This document shows, piece by piece, positions 11,668 through 17,721 of a stretch of DNA of 32,000 bases. Below the pieces are notes generated by a model. The model saw only the letters and a program-made list of their open reading frames with translations, did not search any database and was not told where the DNA came from. Source of the stretch: Vibrio vulnificus CMCP6 (GTDB lineage Bacteria; Pseudomonadota; Gammaproteobacteria; Enterobacterales; Vibrionaceae); the NCBI RefSeq assembly GCF_000039765.1, contig NC_004459.3, positions 2,811,127 to 2,843,126 of the forward strand. Direction: 5' to 3'. A program made the position numbers and the translations under genes. The stretch's first letter is position 1. Each line of letters starts with the position of its first letter.

Positions 11668-11688
11668 TTTAGATAAACTTTATCTAAA
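11668..11688. promoter_or_regulatory. perfect 21-bp palindrome (candidate operator) upstream of the DUF486 gene
   Basis: TTTAGATAAA-C-TTTATCTAAA, two perfect 10-bp arms. The core AGATAAA-C-TTTATCT matches 10/14 to the 7-1-7 Fur-type motif TGATAAT-N-ATTATCA. Confidence 0.4.
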
Positions 11689-11695
11689 TACCAAC

Positions 11696-11724
11696 GAAAA
11701 ACGGGTGCTCTTTCGAGCACCCGT
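11696..11724 (-). terminator. rho-independent terminator of the cold-shock gene
   Basis: ACGGGTGCTC (11701-11710) pairs with GAGCACCCGT (11715-11724) around a 4-nt loop. An A5 run on the + strand gives a U-tract on the minus strand. Confidence 0.88.
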
Positions 11725-11764
11725 TTAGTATTCTTCTCGTGGTTAAACCACAAGTAAAATAAGC

Positions 11765-11977
11765 TTAGATAACTGTAACGTTAGAAGCTTGTGGGCCTTT
11801 TTGACCTTCTTCAACGTTGAAGCTTACTTTCTGACCTTCAGCAAGAGTTTTGAAGCCTTCAGAAACGATAGCACGGAAGTGTACGAATACATCTTTGCCG
11901 CCGTTGTCTTGAGAAATAAAACCAAAACCTTTAGTCTCGTTGAACCATTTTACTGTACCAGTCATTTTACCAGACAT
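11765..11977 (-). CDS. CspA-family cold-shock protein (70 aa)
   Basis: RNP1 KGFGFI and RNP2 VFVHF are present, within [38 protein letters not shown] Shine-Dalgarno sequence. Which paralogue it is cannot be resolved. Confidence 0.95.
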   Translation of the reverse strand: MSGKMTGTVKWFNETKGFGFISQDNGGKDVFVHFRAIVSEGFKTLAEGQKVSFNVEEGQKGPQASNVTVI

Positions 11978-12143
11978 AGTGACCTCTATTAAAAATTTAC
12001 ATTAAACATTTCTGGCTATTACAAGTGCATGAATGGTCTATCGAGAGAAAGTTTACGCAGGTTTAACGAGGTATATCGAGAACTAACTGAGAAGGAACTT
12101 TTACTTAATCTAACACATGCACTCTTTGTAAGAGCTGAGCAAC

Positions 12144-12171
12144 ACTATACTTGGTTCTTGGAAAAGAACAA
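12144..12171 (-). promoter_or_regulatory. candidate sigma70 promoter of the csp gene
   Basis: On the minus strand, TTGTTC (12171-12166), a 16-bp spacer and TATAGT (12149-12144). This implies a leader of about 160 nt. Confidence 0.35.
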
Positions 12172-12544
12172 GTGTTTTTAACAAAAAGAATGAAATCGTT
12201 TACCTTTGGCTATCTTACCGCCAGATAAGAAAATTATTTTTTCTGTAATTACTGTCGTTTTGTCTCGTTACAATCTCATTTTTGCTTTAAACAAAAAGGC
12301 CATATCTATTTATTCCTTTGAAAACAGCATGATAATGAATGACATATGAGTTTAAACTTCACTAGAGTGCAAGTTAAATAGGAGCGAACACAAGCAATAG
12401 AACATTCTTTCTTCAATTTGGTCACTTAAACAACACATAGAAGATTTAAGATCACTAAATAGAACATATCACCCTCATTAACTTGCCGCTAACTGGGCGA
12501 TAACATAAAATCTTTTGACTGCTTTAAGAGGAATATGTCAGGGA

Positions 12545-13711
12545 ATGACTTTCGTACTTGATCTCAGAACTTTGTGTGTGATCACAGCGGCTATTTGTTT
12601 GTCTTATGGCGTTGGCCTCGCGCTGTTCAATCGCGCCCACATTAAACGCCACAATCTTATGACGTTTGTTTGTGCCTTAACGCTCATTGGCATGGCCACG
12701 GCTTTGATTGGCTTGCGAGGGGTCGTTAGCGACTTTTTCTCAATCGTCGCGGCTAATGTGATGCTGTATACCGGTTTTTCGTTTTTTCTGTATGGATTCA
12801 GTCAGTTTAGGCAAATCAACAATCGCTTCAGTGCCCTTTCCTTTGCCCTCATTGTTCCACTCACTTTATCGTTTATTTACTTTACTTATCTTGCCCCATC
12901 ACTCAATGCTCGGCTGATTATCATCTCATCATTTTTATCTTTGACGCTTTATATGACGGCGTACAATGTACATCGAGGCTCTGCCAATGACACTCGCTTG
13001 CCCGTGAATGTGATTGTCACGTCTTTTTGCATTGTCGGCACTATTGAGCTCATCCGAGCGATCAACTTTATTCTTGTTCCAGAGGATCGTTTCTTTAATG
13101 CATCTCAGCCCAGTATTTACATTCTCCAGTTGTCGTACCTACTCGGTACGCTGAATGTCACCATCACTGCTTTTAGCTTAGTTTGGCTGATCAACGAACG
13201 TTTGCTGACGTCATTACAAGAAATGTCGCTCAAAGACAACCTCACAGGATTCTTTAATCGTCACGGGCTTGAACAAAAACTGCCAGCACTGATTTCGTCT
13301 GCACAACATCGGCAGCAACCATTGATTGCGATGATGTGCGATATTGACCACTTCAAACTGGTTAATGACACTTATGGCCATCAAGAAGGCGATATTATTT
13401 TGCAACGCTGCGCCGAAGCAATTCGAGCGCAACTACCACAACAGCATTTAGCGTTTCGATATGGTGGCGAAGAGTTTCTGATCATTTTGTCGCAATACGA
13501 ACTGGTCCGTGCTAAGCAGCTCGCTGAAACGATTCGAATGACGATAGAACAAAGCCAGTTTGTGCAACTCCCAGAAAGGCATTTAACCATGAGTTTTGGC
13601 CTAACAGAGCTCAGTACACTGGATAATGTAGAAAGCATGGTAAAAAGAGCGGATCAAGCGCTCTATCTGGCGAAGTCTCAAGGTAGAAACCAAGTAGTGG
13701 TTCATCAGTAG
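12545..13711 (+). CDS. membrane-bound diguanylate cyclase (GGDEF)
   Basis: The N-terminal half is multi-TM. The C-terminal GGDEF domain carries NRHGLEQ, DIDHFKLVNDTYGHQEGD and an intact RYGGEEF. The ATG at 12545, preceded by TAAGAGGA, is preferred over the TTG at 12515. Confidence 0.88.
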   Translation: MTFVLDLRTLCVITAAICLSYGVGLALFNRAHIKRHNLMTFVCALTLIGMATALIGLRGVVSDFFSIVAANVMLYTGFSFFLYGFSQFRQINNRFSALSFALIVPLTLSFIYFTYLAPSLNARLIIISSFLSLTLYMTAYNVHRGSANDTRLPVNVIVTSFCIVGTIELIRAINFILVPEDRFFNASQPSIYILQLSYLLGTLNVTITAFSLVWLINERLLTSLQEMSLKDNLTGFFNRHGLEQKLPALISSAQHRQQPLIAMMCDIDHFKLVNDTYGHQEGDIILQRCAEAIRAQLPQQHLAFRYGGEEFLIILSQYELVRAKQLAETIRMTIEQSQFVQLPERHLTMSFGLTELSTLDNVESMVKRADQALYLAKSQGRNQVVVHQ

Positions 13712-13807
13712 GCAGCAATTTATTAAGCGGAAGCTTACGGGGCAGGAAGAAATAAACCTAAAGCAGGCAATTGAAATGCTTATCACGCTATGGAACGCAG
13801 AAACGAC

Positions 13808-13840
13808 AAAGCCCGCTCATTTGAGCGGGCTTTGCGTTTG
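13808..13840. terminator. bidirectional terminator (GGDEF gene / tRNA-Val operon)
   Basis: GCCCGCTC (13811-13818) pairs with GAGCGGGC (13823-13830), flanked by AAA on the left and TTTGCGTTTG on the right. Confidence 0.8.
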
Positions 13841-13857
13841 TTCTAAAAGAACGAATA

Positions 13858-13934
13858 TGGTGCGTCCAAGTGGACTCGAACCACCGACCCCTACCATGTC
13901 AAGGTAGTACTCTAACCAACTGAGCTATGGACGC
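13858..13934 (-). tRNA. tRNA-Val (anticodon GAC)
   Basis: The reverse complement GCGTCCATAGCTCAGTTGGTTAGAGTACTACCTTGACATGGTAGGGGTCGGTGGTTCGAGTCCACTTGGACGCACCA folds as a cloverleaf. The anticodon loop is TTGACAT and the CCA end is encoded. Confidence 0.95.
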
Positions 13935-13969
13935 TTTACGCACTGTTCTCGACTAACCATTCTTTTGAA

Positions 13970-14046
13970 TGGTGCGTCCGAGTGGACTCGAACCACCGAC
14001 CCCCGCCATGTCAAGGCGATACTCTAACCAACTGAGCTACGGACGC
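13970..14046 (-). tRNA. tRNA-Val (anticodon GAC), second isodecoder
   Basis: The reverse complement GCGTCCGTAGCTCAGTTGGTTAGAGTATCGCCTTGACATGGCGGGGGTCGGTGGTTCGAGTCCACTCGGACGCACCA differs from copy 1 only by paired changes in the acceptor and anticodon stems. Confidence 0.95.
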
Positions 14047-14066
14047 ATCTCGTGAGAACGAGGAGG

Positions 14067-14095
14067 ATATTAACCAGTGACGGTGTTAGGCGCAA
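14067..14095 (-). promoter_or_regulatory. sigma70 promoter of the tRNA-Val operon
   Basis: On the minus strand, TTGCGC (14095-14090), a 17-bp spacer and TAATAT (14072-14067), then a GC-rich discriminator CCTCCTCG. An A/T-rich tract lies upstream. The first tRNA begins about 14 nt after the predicted transcription start site. Confidence 0.65.
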
Positions 14096-14193
14096 GCATA
14101 TTTTTGCCCTTTTAGTGCCGTTTGCTCTATTCCTAATCTTTTTGCTCTGTTTTTAGCCTTTTTCACTTTTAGTGATTTGATCTAATTCACATT

Positions 14194-14985
14194 TCATGGC
14201 GTGACAAGCTTGAGCACTTTGCGTTTATTCAATTGGAGCTGGGTGATCTCTGTCGCCCAATATTGATCGATCAACCGCTGCAATAAGCCACTTTGCTCCG
14301 CTTTGAGCAGCGCTCTCTCCAGCAATGCTTTATGCTGCTTTGCTCCTTCACTTAAGTAAAAACGAAAATCACGCTGATAAATAAGCAGCAAGTGCTGTTC
14401 GATTTCCAACTGAGGATTGAGTCTCGATTCGGCCATTACCTCGTTTACACCACGCGGGAAATAGTTAATGGCCCCTTGAGTTGAGAGTTTGTTATACAGC
14501 ATTCGCCACTCACCATCTTGCTCATAAAATGGCAAATCATTGTGCAACCACACATCGGCATCGTACCACGCATAACCAAGCCCAGCCGTTAACCCACTTT
14601 GACGTAACTCATCAAGGCTATTGATTGAGTCATATTGGGGCTGAGCGCCTTTGGGAATAAGCAAAACGCGTTTACCAATCAAGCCATTGGTGACGGGCGC
14701 ATTTACATAAGTGTATTGTGCATCTCTCTCTTTTGTTTGCAGTAACCACATCAAAGAAAGCTGGTTATTCTCCACCATCTTGACTAAGCGTTTTTGTGGA
14801 ATGTGCTCAAAAGGCGTTTTGATGGTTAGCTTTACGCCAATGCTATCGAGCGATTGGCGCAATAACTCATGGTAAAAAAGATGGGAGCCATCGAGTTGGG
14901 TGGGAAGAACTAAAGTCAAGGTTTTGGGCTGAGCGGCCACGGCTGAAAAGTGAAACACGAACAACGCTATCGCAAACCATCTCAT
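14194..14985 (-). CDS. orphan periplasmic substrate-binding-like protein (SBP family 3-like)
   Basis: Signal peptide MRWFAIALFVFHFSAVAA, about 260 aa, with bilobed-SBP-like sequence. GAGGG Shine-Dalgarno sequence 6 nt upstream. There is no adjacent permease or ATPase. Confidence 0.7.
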   Translation of the reverse strand: MRWFAIALFVFHFSAVAAQPKTLTLVLPTQLDGSHLFYHELLRQSLDSIGVKLTIKTPFEHIPQKRLVKMVENNQLSLMWLLQTKERDAQYTYVNAPVTNGLIGKRVLLIPKGAQPQYDSINSLDELRQSGLTAGLGYAWYDADVWLHNDLPFYEQDGEWRMLYNKLSTQGAINYFPRGVNEVMAESRLNPQLEIEQHLLLIYQRDFRFYLSEGAKQHKALLERALLKAEQSGLLQRLIDQYWATEITQLQLNKRKVLKLVTP

Positions 14986-15050
14986 AGAACGCCCTCATTC
15001 TTATCCTTATATACAATATAGGTCGTTTTGGGCTATCTAGGGATGAAAGA

Positions 15051-15716
15051 TCAATCATCCTCATCCACATCAAACACCACATTGTAGTTTTCGGTGTAGG
15101 TGCAGTTTGGCTGACGGCTACAGGTGAAAAAGCGCCGCCCTTTGAATTCTCCCTGGGAAGCAATTTTGATGATCATCGGACTGCCGCACTTTTTACAAAA
15201 GCGCACTTCTTTGTCTGGTTCAATCAAATCGATATGCGCGGCGAGCAAGCGTCTTAATCGTCCCACTTGATAACTGTGCTTAATCGACGTACCAATCAGT
15301 GGGATATTGGCGGTTTTGCACACTTGCATCAGTAACTTTTCCCGCTCAACTTTGACTTTGTTGAGCTCTTTACCGTTATCCAGTTCAATGATCACACGTG
15401 GCTCAAACGTACGAGGGTCGCAAATCACATAGTCAAAATACATACGTGAAATACGGTTGCTGGCGATAAACAACTGCTTTTTGCTATTGATATCGCGTGG
15501 CGCAACCACATTACTCATATTCACTTTGGCAAACACAACACCATGTTCGCCAACCGCGGTTTTCAATGCATTGAAAAATGCCACTTCATGCCCTTTCAAC
15601 ACCGAGCCTTTCGAACGATAGGCATATTCCTTGGTATCATCCTGTTTGACGACGTATTTCTGTATTACGAAAAAAAACAAAATCAGTAGCGCGACAATAA
15701 TAAAGATATTCGTCAT
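15051..15716 (-). CDS. membrane-anchored DUF2726 (restriction-endonuclease-like) protein with a C-terminal topoisomerase-type C4 zinc ribbon
   Basis: N-terminal TM helix IFIIVALLILFFFVIQKYVV. The core MYFDYVICD...RVIIELDNGKE resembles DUF2726/PD-(D/E)xK as I recall it. The C-terminus CKKCGSPMIIKIASQGEFKGRRFFTCSRQPNCTY has the pattern CxxC...Cx5C. Confidence 0.75.
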   Translation of the reverse strand: MTNIFIIVALLILFFFVIQKYVVKQDDTKEYAYRSKGSVLKGHEVAFFNALKTAVGEHGVVFAKVNMSNVVAPRDINSKKQLFIASNRISRMYFDYVICDPRTFEPRVIIELDNGKELNKVKVEREKLLMQVCKTANIPLIGTSIKHSYQVGRLRRLLAAHIDLIEPDKEVRFCKKCGSPMIIKIASQGEFKGRRFFTCSRQPNCTYTENYNVVFDVDEDD

Positions 15717-15889
15717 CGGTTAATTACACTCAAAACATAGCCTTACTTGTTAAATACACTATGTGTAAACCGGATTGATGACAAGTGAAAACCCACCCAA
15801 GCTAGGCTCGGGTGTTACTACTTTGGTAGAGTTCACGTTTCAGATTGATTTAGATCAAGCAATCATGGCGAAGCACTGATTACAGTGAG

Positions 15890-15914
15890 TTTGGTTAATG
15901 AATTGTTAACCAAA
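15890..15914. promoter_or_regulatory. inverted repeat (candidate operator) upstream of the 59-aa ORF
   Basis: TTTGGTTAA (15890-15898), spacer TGAATTG, then TTAACCAAA (15906-15914), giving perfect 9-bp arms. It overlaps a weak -35-like TTGTTA. Confidence 0.4.
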
Positions 15915-15954
15915 GACATATTCAGATAAAAGACAGGGATGTAGGAGATAAATC

Positions 15955-16134
15955 ATGGAGTTGAAACAAGATCCACGCTGTTACACCGATGTGTGTATCG
16001 AAGGAAAGTGGTATCACTACGATCATTGCGGCACCACAGCGTATATGTTGAAAGGTGGTTGTTCAGAAGAGATTCAGCTCTCGCGCGAACCTAGCACCGA
16101 AAGTGAGTTGATTGAGCTACTAATGATGAGATGA
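15955..16134 (+). CDS. hypothetical small Cys/His-rich protein (59 aa), absent from the ORF track
   Basis: The ATG at 15955 has AGGAG (15943-15947) 7 nt upstream. My translation is MELKQDPRCYTDVCIEGKWYHYDHCGTTAYMLKGGCSEEIQLSREPSTESELIELLMMR, ending at TGA 16132-16134. A hairpin follows 3 nt later. Confidence 0.6.
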   Translation: MELKQDPRCYTDVCIEGKWYHYDHCGTTAYMLKGGCSEEIQLSREPSTESELIELLMMR

Positions 16135-16137
16135 TTG

Positions 16138-16162
16138 AACGACGCCTATGCTGGGCGTCGTT
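16138..16162. terminator. hairpin between the convergent small ORF and the SBP gene
   Basis: AACGACGCC (16138-16146) pairs with GGCGTCGTT (16154-16162) around a 7-nt loop. There is no clear U-tract on either strand. Confidence 0.4.
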
Positions 16163-16195
16163 AAACATTGGCCAATAGACACGAATCCCACTTTG

Positions 16196-16957
16196 CTAGC
16201 GATATTTACCCACGATGCTTTGATAGAAGGTTTGATTCTCATCATTGCTGGTGTGTTTTAGTGCATCAATGGCTTGCTGCAATGCTCTCACTGAAGCACC
16301 ATCAACATCTTTGTTAAACGCATAATAGAGCTCCCCTTCTTGCAGAACATACACAGGTTCAAAATCCGCAGAGTTGAATCCACCTTTGGATATCCACCAT
16401 TTCGCGACATTTTCTTCATAAGCCCAAAGATCGATCCGCCCTTTGTAAAGTTGCTCCGCCAAAGTAGAGGCATAGGAGCTCTCTTGCATTGAGTTACGCG
16501 GGACGCCTAGTTCAAGTAGGAGCTGTTCACCAACATCATCACGAATCACACCGATACGATATTGAATCAGGTCATTAGGGCGCTTAATAGAAATCTGCGC
16601 GCTTTTCTTAGCCATGACAACAATACGAGTGGCACTGATCGGCCCTACCCAATTGAACAAGTTTTCTCTCAATTTGGTGCGCGTGGTCGAAAAAAGCACC
16701 GTGTCTTTATTGATCAGCACGGTACGGTATGCTCTAGCCCAAGGTTGGACGGAAATGTCTTCTTTAGCGACAGGTTGCGTTGCCCTTGCCGTTGCTGCGA
16801 CCAACAAGTCCACAGCGATGCCGTGCAGTTCACCATTTTCGGTAAAGTTATAAGGCGGGTATTCTTCTGTCAGATAAGTGATCGATTGAAGATCCGATTT
16901 CGCTATCGCGACTGCTGCCAACAAGGATGCAAATAGAAACAAAATTGAACGGAACAT
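16196..16957 (-). CDS. orphan periplasmic amino-acid-type substrate-binding protein (SBP family 3)
   Basis: The ATG at 16957 is preceded by AGGGGG. Signal peptide MFRSILFLFASLLAAVAIA. The sequence TEEYPPYNF...GIAVDL is typical of the family. The track start at 17011 adds 18 non-signal residues. There is no adjacent permease or ATPase. Confidence 0.78.
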   Translation of the reverse strand: MFRSILFLFASLLAAVAIAKSDLQSITYLTEEYPPYNFTENGELHGIAVDLLVAATARATQPVAKEDISVQPWARAYRTVLINKDTVLFSTTRTKLRENLFNWVGPISATRIVVMAKKSAQISIKRPNDLIQYRIGVIRDDVGEQLLLELGVPRNSMQESSYASTLAEQLYKGRIDLWAYEENVAKWWISKGGFNSADFEPVYVLQEGELYYAFNKDVDGASVRALQQAIDALKHTSNDENQTFYQSIVGKYR

Positions 16958-17045
16958 AACGCCCCCTAATTGTGATCCCTTGCAAGTAAATGTAGTCTTG
17001 AATTGACACATCTACCAACAAGGAATCACAACGCCACCTGTAAAT

Positions 17046-17714
17046 TCAAAGTTGAGCGTCAGGCTGATTTTCGGGCTTAGCGAGATCGAATGCGGGCAGT
17101 TGATTACAAGCGGCGACGACGGCATTGATGGTTGGATACGGTGTCATGTTTACGCCAAAACGGAGCGCGTTATACACCTGAGGGACCAAACATATATCGA
17201 CGATACTTGGACTAGAACTGACGCTAAAAACACACTCGCCATAGTGTTTACGGTGAGTCAATAGCTTCTCTTCCACCGCTTTAAAACCCATATGAATCCA
17301 ATGATGCACCCACAAACGTTTTTGCTCTTCATCCACCTCCAAACTGCCTTCAAGATACTGCAGGACCCGAAGATTATTCAGAGGATGGACATCAATCGCG
17401 ATGTCTTGCGCCAACGCCAACGCTTGATACTTGAGTGGCCCCATAGACGGGATCACTTGAGTCGATGAATAGTTATCATCGAGATACTGAATGATAGCCA
17501 ATGACTGATTGAGTACCAGATCCCCATCCACCAACACGGGCACCAGCTCATTGGGGTTCAGAGCATGATAATGCGCGAGATGCTGCTCTCCGCCATTTTT
17601 CACTAAATGAATCGAGTGGTTTTCATAGCGGAGCTGCTTCAGGTTTAAGCAGATCCTCACGCGATAGGCGGCAGACGATCGCCAATAACCATAGAGTTTA
17701 AGACTTGTCTCCAT
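17046..17714 (-). CDS. maiA: maleylacetoacetate isomerase (GST zeta class)
   Basis: The N-terminus LYGYWRSSAAYRVRICLNLK matches the zeta-GST signature. It is the last gene of the homogentisate operon. GAGG Shine-Dalgarno sequence. Confidence 0.9.
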   Translation of the reverse strand: METSLKLYGYWRSSAAYRVRICLNLKQLRYENHSIHLVKNGGEQHLAHYHALNPNELVPVLVDGDLVLNQSLAIIQYLDDNYSSTQVIPSMGPLKYQALALAQDIAIDVHPLNNLRVLQYLEGSLEVDEEQKRLWVHHWIHMGFKAVEEKLLTHRKHYGECVFSVSSSPSIVDICLVPQVYNALRFGVNMTPYPTINAVVAACNQLPAFDLAKPENQPDAQL

Positions 17715-17721
17715 ACCAACC

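Noticed and set aside
12172-12544. Possible c-di-GMP riboswitch or other structured leader upstream of the GGDEF gene
   Set aside because: I found no similarity to the GEMM-I core as I remember it and no convincing stem-terminator pair. The region is simply AT-rich.
13858-17011. The idea that the tRNA-Val-adjacent cluster is an integrated genomic island
   Set aside because: I saw no integrase, recombinase or transposase, and no direct repeat of a tRNA 3' end. Reading by eye, I saw no obvious compositional break, but GC content was not computed. The question is still worth a synteny check.
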